Both the position numbers and the translations under genes were made by a program. Below are positions 1 to 10,216 of a stretch of DNA of 14,755 bases, one piece after another. Source of the DNA: Azolla caroliniana (lineage: Eukaryota > Plantae > Polypodiophyta); the NCBI GenBank assembly GCA_043228905.1, contig JBHGNT010000843.1:1-14755 (forward strand), in the 5' to 3' direction. Every line of letters starts with the position of its first letter. Within the stretch, counting starts at the first letter, position 1. Under the pieces are notes generated by a model. That model was not told where the DNA came from. It saw only the letters and a list, made by a program, of their open reading frames with translations, and ran no database searches.

Positions 1-134
1 AAGAGCAGGAACAGATGTTCAGAATACAGGAATAGAGGTACAAAGAACTGGTAATCAACATATTACAGATTTACAAATAAAATTGAAAATATTTTCCAGA
101 ATTTTAGATGTAATAGCATAGAGAAAAGCCTTAC

Positions 135-175
135 CGATCCAACCCAGAAGCCGTGATACACTGTACCGCAAGAAC
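135..175 (-). CDS. B2 Raf-like kinase coding exon 4 (41-nt exon, Gly-rich ATP-binding loop)
   Basis: Minus strand reads CCTAG|GT TCT TGC GGT ACA GTG TAT CAC GGC TTC TGG GTT GGA TCG|GTAAGG = (G)SCGTVYHGFWVGS. Splice sites are canonical and the phase fits exon 3. The exon is too short to appear in the ORF track. Confidence 0.92.
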
Positions 176-2620
176 CTAGGCATGTGAATCAAAAGTAATG
201 AAAAGAAGAACGGATAAAGAAATGTCCAGATCAAAGAAGTACAAAGATATGAATCAGAATGTTACATCATAGAAAGAACTACAGAAGTCAAAATAGGAAG
301 TGTTTGGATAGAAGGATATAATAACAAAGTAGTGAGAAATGTAGTTGATGTACCTTCACCAATTTTCTCACAAATTGTCAACGATTTCCATTCTATCTCA
401 CAATCTCGCATATCCATCTCAGCGTTATCTCCCATTTTACATATGGTATCACTGCATGCGTAATCCGGCTCATTTTCACAACACGAAGAGCGACCTCGAA
501 AGATTTTCATATTATTAATTTCTGCACATTCTAACTCTTGCCCTCCTATGAGATCTTCATTCAAGTATATGTCAGTGGCATGCACTTGAGGCCGTACAAG
601 TACATCCTTTTTCAGGTGTGATTTTTGGTTGGAGCTTAGTAAAGCATTTCTAGAATAACCTTCAAGACGAACGTCATCTACTTTATATCTTTTTGTTGTC
701 TGTGGGACGAATGTTTCCCCCCAAAATGCATTTAGATTATCGGCAGACATATGGGTTCTCTCGTTCTCATTGGCCTTTAAATGCTTCTTCAAAACTCCAC
801 ACCCAATATTGTGATGATTTAGAAGTACTTCGTCCAGCTTGAAGTGGGGTGAAAGCTTGGGGGATGCAATGTTGGAAGCCAGCCTAGAGTTCTGAGAAAA
901 ACAGACAATAAACAAACCAACCATAAACTAAATGATATTTAGAAATCTTAGGGGAAACAACCACCACAAATTTCAGAAACATAGGAGACACTAATTTAGC
1001 AGTAATAAGAGAATACAACACCATTGAACTAGAATTATCACGCATTTTGGAAGCCTGAGAAAGTATAACATTAACTTTATTAGCCATAATACAACATTGT
1101 TCAGACTCCCTCCAGGGGATAGTCAAACCACCATTAATTTCATCACAATAAGAGAATACAACACCATTAAACTAAATTATCATGTATTTTGGAGAAATTA
1201 CAACATCAACTTTATTAACCATAATACAACATCGTTCAGAGTCCAAGGGGGAGACAAACCACCATTAACTATATTAACCATAATATCACCTAGTCTGGGA
1301 TCTAAGAAAGGAGAAAATCATTCCATTAACTAAAGTAACCATAATATCACTAAATTTGGAGAATGCTTAACTATATTAATCAATAATATCATATTGCTCG
1401 GAAATCCAATAGCCATTTTACCATAACATCACATACTTTGGACTTTTTACGGAAAGAGACTCGTCATTAGCTAAATTAATCACAATATCACATAATTTGG
1501 ATTCGGAATCTATAGGAAGACAAAGAGCCAGAACTAAAGTCGGCCATAATATCAATCTAACCCTTAATGGGTAATTTCAAAGATACACCAAGCAATATCA
1601 AAGTTATATGGATAAGAGACCACAAATCATTAACAGTTAAACATCATAGCAATCTATCACATAGCATAGAATTCGAGAAGATATATCTACCATGTTCGAT
1701 AAAGAAGACCCGATCATCATTCCCGACAGTCCCTGGGCCTGTTGGTGTTGCTTATGCTTGATCGTGAATGGGTGTAGACAGCGTCCAACACCAACACTGC
1801 TCGAAAATAGCCGAGCATCATGGCTCACTCCAACAACCCCCACCATTTCTCCATTGTCATCATATATGGGTGTGTTGGTAACAAGACCAAGGAAAAGCTC
1901 ACCCGATTTCTTCAAGAGCGGGAATTGACCATTCCATTGCTCCCCAGTCCTCACCAAGTTAGATATAATCTTATATCCAGCATTAAAATGTTCCTTCCGA
2001 ACGACAAGTTCAAATATACTCCTCCCCAGAGCTTCTGATTGCGAGTAACCGAAGAGCAACTCAGCATTCCGGTTCCTAAAAGGAAAACAGAAAATCCTTA
2101 TGCATTGCCGTGCACAATTTCTAAGATCACTACATTAAGGGGGTGGAAATATTGAACATGTTTTCTTTTGTTCTGTTTGGCAAAACAGTAAAAATACAGT
2201 GGATTAAAAGAAAACGAAGAAACAACTAGGATCTCTAAGGCATGTTACCAGTATATCACCTCAGCACTAAGAGTAAAGATATAGACAGCTTGACCAATAG
2301 ATTGGAGGAGATGTTTTTCCGAGATGTTCTTTGAGATGGGGACCGACTGTTCACTATAGGTCAGGACTTCTTGCGAGTTATGGCCAATAAGAGGAAGCAA
2401 AGAAGTAATTCTTTGTGAAGTTTCCCTATTCCATGTATCATTAGTGCTCTTCTTGACATTTGGAGGTATCCAATGGACTTTGTTGAGAGCTGAATTCTTC
2501 GAGTAAGTGGGATAGGATTTATACTCAGTCTGAGCAGGGTTCAGAAGCTTGGCAATCTGAGCCCGAAGGAGCGCATGGTCTGCCTCAAGCTCTGCAATTC
2601 TCTTTATCAAGGCATCCTGC

Positions 2621-2651
<31 letters not shown>

Positions 2652-2817
2652 CCTGTGACACAGATTCTGGAGATTCTTTCTGGGACAGAGAGAGCAGAGA
2701 TTCTTCCTGGAACGGCGGCAATGATTTAAGATATTCTTTTCCTGAAGCAGAAGTGGTGCCTGCATTGTTAGGATCTCCAGAAGATTCCAACCCCGAAATT
2801 TGAATCGAAGATTCCAT
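135..2817 (-). CDS. PAS-domain Raf-like MAPKKK, subgroup B2 (RAF7-RAF12-like); 3'-partial, join of 2817-2249, 2075-1691, 891-354, 175-135
   Basis: The spliced reading frame is continuous across three GT-AG introns. Domain order is N-terminal coiled coil (DALIKRIAELEADHALLRAQIAKLL), PAS domain (LLQSIGQAVYIF...IYW|NRNAELLFGYSQSEALG...GEQWNGQFPLLKKSGE...TPIYDDNGEMVGVVGVS) and kinase start (DCEIEWKSLTICEKIGEG|SCGTVYHGFWVGS). This matches the B2 Raf signature EI.W.DL.I.E.IG.GSCGTVYHG.W.GS as I recall it. The remaining kinase exons are off the left edge. Confidence 0.93.
354..891 (-). CDS. B2 Raf-like kinase coding exon 3 (linker and start of kinase subdomain I)
   Basis: Acceptor GTTTTCTCAG|AAC TCT AGG is phase 0 and in frame with ORF 262..924. 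Donor ATT GGT GAA G|GTACAT is phase 1. Length 538 nt = 179 codons + 1, ending DCEIEWKSLTICEKIGE(G). Confidence 0.85.
919..1554. repeat. Degenerate ~60-bp intronic minisatellite with a ~131-143-bp higher-order duplication
   Basis: Core CCATTAACTATATTAACCATAATATCAC at 1262-1289 and 1323-1350 (2 mismatches), with degenerate copies at ~1069, 1204, 1367, 1465 and 1532. The 22-mer AATAAGAGAATACAACACCATT is identical at 1004-1025 and 1147-1168. Confidence 0.8.
1691..2075 (-). CDS. B2 Raf-like kinase coding exon 2 (PAS domain core)
   Basis: Acceptor TTTTAG|G AAC CGG AAT GCT completes the Trp codon (TG|G), giving WNRNAELLFGY. Donor TCG AAC ATG|GTAGAT is phase 0. Length 385 nt = 1 + 128 codons. Confidence 0.88.
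2249..2817 (-). CDS. B2 Raf-like kinase coding exon 1 (Ser-rich N-terminus, coiled coil, start of PAS)
   Basis: The first in-frame ATG is at 2817-2815 (MESSIQ...); the ORF-track start at 2946 is a TTG. The exon ends ...GTG ATA TAC TG|GTAAC (phase-2 donor). Length 569 nt = 189 codons + 2. The start could lie further upstream if an ATG is spliced in (see findings). Confidence 0.85.
2621..2650. repeat. (GAT)10 coding microsatellite encoding a poly-Ser tract on the minus strand
   Basis: Read directly; corresponds to ESSSSSSSSSSQ in exon 1. Confidence 0.95.
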
Positions 2818-2951
2818 TTTCAATAATGAATTAACCCCCTGATTCTCTTCGATTGCAGATATAGCCTGAGATTGTATAATTATTCCAATGAGAAGAAATC
2901 GAACCCAACCCACCAAACCCAATCGGATCGAAATTAAGTCTTCCAATTGAC

Positions 2952-3599
2952 CTGAATTGGATTCAATAGAACTGAGAATCTATGCCTGCTCCAGAAAATT
3001 AACCAAAAATATGAGTTTCTCCCAGAAACCTCGCAAAGAGCCAGACCGAACCAGTATCCTTCTGAGAGAGCTTGAACCAAAAAGAAAGTAGGATGAGAAT
3101 TTCCGATGAACTGAATTGATTTGAAATCGAATCAGACAGAGCCCCGAATGGTGAACCAAAAACACCGCATGAGCCCCTTGGTGATGAACCGAATGCAAAC
3201 ACCCAAAAAAGAATCTTCCGGGTCTCGAAATTGAATCTGAGTATTTCCGAGAAACCAAATCGAATGGAATGGAATGGAATTGAAGAGAATCGAAACCTTT
3301 CGGGCAAGAAGCTGAGAATTATCAGAGAAGGGAAAGGCCGAGGCAAGAAGCGGAGCTATTCAATGAGAATCAACACGCTAGAGAGAGAGAGAGAGATTTC
3401 TGGAAGAAAGTTTCTGCACAAACTTGCACTTATCACAGACAGACAGACAGACAGAGATGAGACAGACAGAGATGAGAGAGATTCTAAATATGAAAAGAAT
3501 CCCTGTTGGGTCGATCTGTGGGAGGGAGGGGGGATGCTGTACGATCTCTCTCATTAGAGAATTGGAAACCCTAAACAGGTAACGAATTCATAGCCATAC
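2952..3599 (-). other. Putative 5' leader intron of the kinase gene
   Basis: Candidate donor CATG|GTATGG (3600/3599) and acceptor CCAATTCAG|GT (2952/2951). The minus-strand interior is T/C-rich. Alternative acceptors exist at 2866/2865 and 2839/2838. There is no transcript evidence. Confidence 0.45.
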
Positions 3600-3671
3600 C
3601 ATGAGCAGAAGAAGAATCGGAAGAAGAAAGGAGGGGAGTCCGGAGCAGGGGAAGATGATTATTCTAGAAAG

Positions 3672-3709
<38 letters not shown>

Positions 3710-3808
3710 GGTGATGGTGATGATGGCGGTGATGAGGATGAAGAAAGAGATGACGTTTACACAGACAGACAGACAGACAGACAGAGGATCAGTCAGTCAG
3801 TCAGTCAG
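3381..3808. repeat. 5'UTR/promoter microsatellite cluster: (GA)8 3381-3396, (ACAG)5 3435-3454, (GA)14 3678-3705, (ACAG)6 3761-3784, (TCAG)5 3789-3808
   Basis: Read directly. CT-rich tracts on the gene's sense strand are typical of plant 5' leaders and GAGA elements. Confidence 0.9.
3566..3574 (+). promoter_or_regulatory. Telo-box AAACCCTAA
   Basis: Exact match to the plant telo-box, 25 nt inside the putative leader intron. The motif is short, so a chance match is possible. Confidence 0.4.
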
Positions 3809-3935
3809 TTTTGGGGGAGGGGGCTTCCTAAGGTTTCCATGGCTACTAGAAGAAGAAGAAGAAGAAAGGAGACCATCTATATGTATGTATGTATGTATGT
3901 ATACTAGAAGAAGAAGAAGAAGAAAGGAGCCCATC

Positions 3936-3967
<32 letters not shown>

Positions 3968-4429
3968 TGTATGTATGTATGTATGTATGTATGTATGTAT
4001 GTATGTATGTATGTATGTATGTATGTATGTATGTCTGTATGTATGTATGTATGTATGTATGTATGTGGGTATGTATGTGTGTATGTATGTGTGTATGTGT
4101 GTGTGTGTATGTGTGTATGTATTTGTATGTATATGGATATGGATATGGCGTCACGATGTTCGGCCTTTGCCATCAGGTTTCGATTTGTCCGACGTCACCG
4201 ACCCGTCCCGACCATCTTGTTCCCCATCTGGCTTTCTATTGCTCGATTTGTCCGACGTGACCAACCCGTCCCGACCATCTCGTTCTCCATCCTGGCATCA
4301 TTTGGCCTTTCTATTGCTTGTAGACTAGTTAGTTAGTTTTGGGGGAGGGGGGTTCCTAAGGTTTCCATGGCTACTAGAAGAAGAAGAAGAAGAAGAAGAA
4401 GCAGAAAGGAGCCCATCTATATGTATGTA

Positions 4430-4470
<41 letters not shown>

Positions 4471-4545
4471 ATATGGCGTCACGATGTCCGGCCTTCGCCA
4501 TCAAGTTTCAATTTGTCCAGCCTGACCGACCCGGCCATCCCATTC
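3807..4545. repeat. Nested tandem duplication upstream of the kinase gene (528-bp unit 3807-4334 plus partial copy from 4335)
   Basis: AGTTTTGGGGGAGGGGG.TTCCTAAGGTTTCCATGGCTACTA(GAA)n...CCATCTATATGTATG starts at 3807 and 4335, with a partial third copy at 3902. GGATATGGCGTCACGATGT.CGGCCTT.GCCATCA.GTTTC.ATTTGTCC starts at 4141 and 4469. There is an internal duplication at 4181-4243 / 4244-4318. Confidence 0.9.
3938..4133. repeat. (TATG)24 perfect run (3938-4033) continuing as degenerate TATG/TG repeat
   Basis: Read directly; it is the source of the MYVC/HTYI low-complexity ORFs. A shorter (TATG)5 is at 3880-3899 and (TG)18 at 4434-4469. Confidence 0.95.
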
Positions 4546-5059
4546 CCCGTCTGCTCGTGCACCCACCCCCACTCATCACACCCCTTATTGTATGTGGATT
4601 GTACTTGTACTCGTACGTTGACCTCGATCGATCCACCCATCTTCTGTGCCCGATTTGTGTGCGCAATAGCATATGCACTTGCAACCTTACAGTCTACCTT
4701 TGCCATCCATATAGATAGATAGATATAGAGTTCACACTCGATTGACGCTTTCGTTGTGATGATGATTCCCCAATCAAATGCGTTGGTATGCACATATCTA
4801 TCTATATACATATGCCACCACACATGTGCCGCTTGCTAACTAATTGCATGGGCCAGTGTTGACAATTTCGATGGAATCGATGCAACTCTGATGCTCGTGC
4901 CTCACCCCAGGTTCCCTTCTTCATACTCACCAATGCAACAACACCTTTGGCCTATAACTTTCATCACACCTTTGGAACGCGGAAAAACTTCATCAAGGCT
5001 CGATGCTTCTACTACTATGTGCGATTCACCAAGACTTCGAACGTTGTAATGAATGCCCA

Positions 5060-6110
5060 TATTGATGCATAGTCAATGATTTTGTTTTCTTGTCTATTGT
5101 GTGACAATGCTCAACTTTAGTGGTTGGTAAAAGTTATGCTCACCCTTTAGCTGGTGATCATGTATTAAGTCTCTTTTGATGTATGTCGTAACAAATTTCA
5201 AGCAATGCTTCAGCATTTTGAGCATGAGCCTACTTTCATCATGTGGCATACCTTTACTTCTCGCATGAAGATGTAAGATGTAACATAACCTCTTTGATGT
5301 GTCTTGTTCTCATTCTCATTGTATTTGCATTTTCTTTGGTTAACTTCATACTTCCTTGACTTGAGGATTTTGAGAGGACCCCATAGGGTCCATGTTGGAA
5401 AAGCGATCAATTACAAAACTAATTGAAAGATTTGGTTATGCTTTTCCGCAATGGGTAAGGCCAAGAAGTGATGGATACATAAGATGCAAGCAACACCCCT
5501 TCCCCCACTTTGCCATGCATACTCACAACATTGAATTCAAGCATTCTTCTACTTGTTAGGATTGACTTTTATCACACTTCGTCCACACTTGATATGGGCG
5601 GAATTTTTGCAACACCTTTGCTCAACGATTGGCAATAATGATCACACATTCATTCAATGTACTTGTGCTTAATCACCTTGTCCTTGGCTATGTGAAATTG
5701 CCTCAATTAGGAGGATTACAATGCACAATCTTGTCTTAAATACAAAAAATCCAAACTTGGATGTGTAGAACATGTTGACACTTAAACTTTGGTACATATT
5801 CTAATGTATGGATCCCTACACAATGAGCAATTATTGTTCTTACTTGATATTCACAATCTTGAATCACTCCATCAATTGACTATATCCATTCATCCATAAG
5901 ATTTGAATACCTTGCAATGTTGAAAAGAAGTTTGTGATTGATTTTCCTAGTTCCATTAAGCCTCTCATTTCAAGCTACTATGGAAGGTGATCACGATTCT
6001 CCATCACTTCATGTTGATACTATGGAAGGTGACCTATAATTAATGAGCGTGAAGCTTTAGTAGAGATGTGTTATTGAAGCGATTAAGCTTGAGAAGAAGA
6101 TCAAATTTGT
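5060..6110 (+). mobile_element. Possible highly decayed retrotransposon gag-like remnant
   Basis: In-frame MGKAKK*W (5451) ... IWAEFLQHL (5592) resembles the Retrotrans_gag G.A..WW...TW..F...L pattern. CLLCDNAQL*W (~5091) and VIEAIKLEKK (~6070) are also gag-like. There are many stops and the similarity was judged only by eye. Confidence 0.2.
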
Positions 6111-7542
6111 GATAACTCTTTTGTACCAACTTATAACTCTATCCTTGTGAAGGCTATAATGAGGCATATGAATGCATTGACAATAAATGTATATGATTTC
6201 ATTACATATCAATAGACATATGGAAAATGGTATTGCATGATAGTGTGACGGATCTGTATGGCCATGGATGGAACCATGTCGATCAATGCATTTAATAGGC
6301 AAGATCTATTCCAATGGCTGGAAAAAGTTACAAAATTTCTGTTTAGAAGGCTTATGGTGCACGGATGTGTTTAACCATTTCAATTATATCACAACAAACC
6401 AAAAGAAATTGAAAACATCCTCACTTTGTAGATTAGGAGATGATCGAGAAAGGAAGATATTATAAACCAAATTGGATATATGTTAAGAGAAACAAGACTC
6501 ATGCCCCCACTTAATGAGTGGTTCATTAAATGTTACCTTATCAGGACAATATCGAGTTGATATATCACGTGCATTTTAGACAAAAAAAACTTTGGCAAAG
6601 ATATGTTGACCTTTTTTCATTGCTAGAAATTTTGCCGACATTTGATTAGTTTTCTCAAGGGTAACGTTTCAGTCTTATTATTTATAAATGTAAATATAAA
6701 TTGTTGCATTTTTATGCTCCAAGTTAAATCCCTGCTACACTAAAAAAAGACACATAGAAAAGAAGTTGACAGTTGCTCCAATCATTAGGCTTGATCATTA
6801 AAGCTCTTTTCACATGGTGGTGATAAGTCTCAAAGAATTCTTGTTTGTTTTGTACCCAGAAGGTACCATTAGGCACGAAACTTTGTAGGTATTCTTCATT
6901 TCAAGCATTGCCTTTTAGTTTTGATGTTTGAAATACATTTTTTTAAGACACACAAGAGAGGAAGATTATGTGCCTTCATTTTCATATCAATGGATGTGGA
7001 ACAAAAATTACGGTCCTGATAGGTGACTTTCACTCCAATAAGGCGAAAAATAACAACTATCTCTAGCTATGTGAATCCAACCTTAAAAGGATCACAAAGA
7101 ATATGATGGATTCATTATATATAATGTCTTATTGATGATCTCATTCATGACCTCTGACAAATATGGCACAAGTTCAAACACTTTTTTAACGAAAATTCTT
7201 ATATATCTATCATTCTTATTTTTTGCCCATAGGAAAATTCTCAAGCACAAGATAAACTTCCGAGTAGAACTCATCGAGGATTTAATTTTAGGACAATAAC
7301 TTCTCGATTTAGTGCTTGGCACATTCAAAGTTGTAAGACAGAAAGCACAATGCCTCAAGTATTACTCCATAAGTAGCATTGGTAGTTCTTTACTTTTTTT
7401 AGTTAAAGGAAGCACACTTCTATGGGGGAGTTAATGATGTGGAGTTCATTATGAAGACACTATGAAACATGTAAGTTCTTATTAGTAGTTCATTATTAAA
7501 GCGAGCATCCTTGTCTTTAACATTACGTTCCCCGAAGATAAC

Positions 7543-7633
7543 ATTGTATTCCAAGCAAAAACTATTGTCTCAATTCAAGCACAAATGATTGTTTCGATAC
7601 AAGAACACGTGATTCTTTTGATACAAGCATAAC
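7543..7633. repeat. Degenerate 24-bp tandem repeat (~4 units)
   Basis: Units ATTGTCTCAATTCAAGCACAAATG (7564), ATTGTTTCGATACAAGAACACGTG (7588) and ATTCTTTTGATACAAGCATAAC (7612), plus a shorter unit at 7543. Confidence 0.6.
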
Positions 7634-9798
7634 AACTCTATGCACCAAAACCCAAACATCATATATGCAATTTTTTTCTCCTAGTCATATATAGGTCAAA
7701 TGAGTAACGATAGATTATCATGCACATTTCTCAAGGACTTTTGAGCAAAAAATAGTTAATCCATCATAATAAAATGTATACAAATGCACATATGTATGCA
7801 CAAGGCTTCCCATGTGTAACATAAGGTAATAATTGAAAATGATATGTATATTCATATGTGAATCGATGTAAACAATTATATATTTGCACATGTATATGTT
7901 AGATAACTACAAAGCATTGAAAACCGAGCAAGCAAGTTTAATCTTTCAAAGATAACCTAACTTAACTTATGATACAACTCTAGATTTACTCGTCTAATCT
8001 ACACAATAAAAAGCATTTGTCTTATATGTCGACTTGGCATTTGGAGTCCACGAAGAGCTACGTTAACTTGTCTGTGCAATAACATACAATTAGTAAGTCA
8101 AAATGAATCATTTTATTTAATTTAGCATCGCTAGGATTTTGGAGATACAAATAGTATCAATGTCATTTGTAGATGCAATAAATAATTGGCATCATATTTC
8201 TAACATGAAAGATAAGTCTTTTACAAGAATCGATGTGTGATATGTTTATGATAGAATATCACTAGTTACAAGACAAATCGTGTGATTGAATTCTAATGGA
8301 TGTATGACTCAGAACAAGTTTGCCCATAACATGGACAAAGGGGTAAGGTTCTAATATGTCTATAGACCAAGCAAGTATGATTGCCAATCTCACTAAGGGA
8401 AAATGAACATAGCTATAAAGAGGGATGGTAATGTTTAAGTTACATTATGAGAACGAGGAAGAAAATTTTCCGAGTCACATGCATCAATTGTACTATATGA
8501 AATGTGCCAGAAAGTCAAGCATAAGATGATTTCAAAGGTTTCAAATTATGGAGAACTGCCACAAGACATTTTTTCTGCGCATGGAAATGGAACAATATCG
8601 CGTTATGATGGACAATATCATTCTATGCCTAGGGGGATCTATAAACATGACTTCATGTCGTGTAGTTATTCTAACATGACAAACTTTTTACCTTCTAAAT
8701 GTGAGTTCCAATAGGATCACAGAAATGTAAAGTGAATTTCAGTCCATTAGTTTGTGTTTTGTTTGTCTTTCCCTCTCTCAATTTAGTATTGTTCATATTC
8801 TCCCCATGTTTGTACATTTGGAACGTTATCCTCTGTGAATATTTAACACCACATGTAATAATTATCTCATAGTTTGATTTTGTTCATAACAAAAACTTGA
8901 CTTTTATCATGAGTGAAAGTGCACCGAGGGTAAGTCGAATGGATTCCAAGGACAAGCATATGCACCATATATTCTCTCGAATTCCACACATTCAAATCCA
9001 AGTAGACAAAGTGGAGTTTTATCAAGACCTAATAATGATGAAGTATTTAGTAGATCGAATTTCCATGGGAGAACTTTATGATCAAGTTCATAAAGTACAT
9101 ACAAGTAAATTTTGTATGTGCTCTGAACTCCACGAGGACTTGTCATAAATGTTCTATTATTTCTTTAACTGATTCTCGTATTTGTTTGTTCTCTAGATCT
9201 CTTGAAGATCCATATTGCTTGGTGTCTATCTCACCATTCTACAAAATTCCTCAAACTATGTTAATTATAATACGCGCATAAACAATTATAGTGTGGCTTT
9301 CATCGTTTAGCCACAGTGCAATATTTCTATGAATTATCTTCCTCTTAAAAAAAACACTATCTACAAAATTTGTTAATACTCTTTTTTACTTATCACAAAT
9401 ATTCGATCACTTACCTTGGAATCTTTTTCTTGTGTTTGTTATTTAGATTTCTCTTCGATTTCCACCCTACCTTTTTTTATGTTTGTTTAGTGATGGTGGA
9501 TGGTCAATGCCTATGTTCGATTGACAACCAAACCTTACTAATCTACTTGCCTTGGTGTGTGCATGCATTTCTCTTCCTGTCTCTCTAGCCATTGGCTTGG
9601 AGGTTCACACTACAACATCAAAATCATAAACTGAGAGAACCCAAGGTCCATCCTCCTCGTTCCATCCTCGTCATGGGCTAGGCATGATCTCATAAATCGC
9701 AATCGGTCTCCCATGGAAGTTAAATATATAACAATTTATCTCTCTCAAACACATACGAATGGAACTTCGTAGATTGGAATTCCTCCACGAGTGTCTCA

Positions 9799-9976
9799 AT
9801 CACTTTCACAAGTCAATATAATATATAATAAAACACTAATTCTCCTTATATTACATTATTTGCCAAGAAATTCTCTTAGGCTACATATTATGTACACATC
9901 ACTCTCACAAGACTATATAATATATAACAAAGCACCAATCCTCCTTTATTACTTGGCTAGAATTTCCTAGGTTACA
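9799..9976. repeat. Degenerate ~99-bp tandem duplication
   Basis: ATCACTTTCACAAGTCAATATAATATATATAAAACACTAATTCTCCTT...CTTAGGCTACA aligns with ATCACTCTCACAAGACTATATAATATATAACAAAGCACCAATCCTCCTT...CCTAGGTTACA. Confidence 0.65.
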
Positions 9977-10216
9977 GACTATGAAGTACTTAGGAACTAT
10001 ATATATAAAAAGTAGTTACTAACTACATATGTACTAATCCTCCTCCTCAACATCCTAATCATATCTTTAATTCTCCTACAAAGGTGGTCATACATGAATT
10101 AGCCCAAGCTAACATTAAATGTCAATAGTTTGCCTTACGCTTGACTCTTGAGCATGGGCACTTAACAAGGAACCTATTCAATGCTTAAAGACTATTGTAC
10201 TAAATAATGAAGATGG

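Noticed and set aside
262-353. Hydrophobic C-terminal tail of ORF 262..924 (TSTTFLTTLLLY...)
   Set aside because: Intron read-through past the donor at 354/353; the true frame continues in exon 175-135.
1069-1554. CRISPR-like array (28-nt repeat with ~33-nt spacer at 1262/1323)
   Set aside because: It lies in a spliceosomal intron of a plant gene, the repeats are degenerate with irregular spacing, the spacers are mutually related, and there are no cas genes.
2818-2946. Hydrophobic signal-peptide-like N-terminus of ORF 2245..2946
   Set aside because: It starts at TTG, not ATG. B2 Rafs are soluble kinases, so this stretch is more likely leader or intron sequence.
2980-3557. ORFs 2980..3258, 2999..3346 and 3231..3557
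   Set aside because: Low-complexity F/S- or R/E-rich translations of the leader and intron region with no domain signal.
4146-4160. TGGCGTCACG as a tRNA primer-binding site
   Set aside because: It is not preceded by an LTR-ending CA, and I cannot match it confidently to a plant tRNA 3' end.
3708-4823. Cluster of ORFs with MYVC/HTYI/CV repeats
   Set aside because: These are stop-free translations of (TATG)n, (TG)n and (GAA)n microsatellites on both strands.
8502-8714. CQKVK and a frameshifted WKWNNIA resembling gypsy integrase (CQ.VK...WKWE.I.MDF)
   Set aside because: The intervening and downstream residues do not match integrase; too weak to call without a profile search.
6500-9600. Scattered 65-90 aa ORFs in the AT-rich middle region
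   Set aside because: No recognisable motifs or consistent exon structure; consistent with chance ORFs in decayed intergenic DNA.
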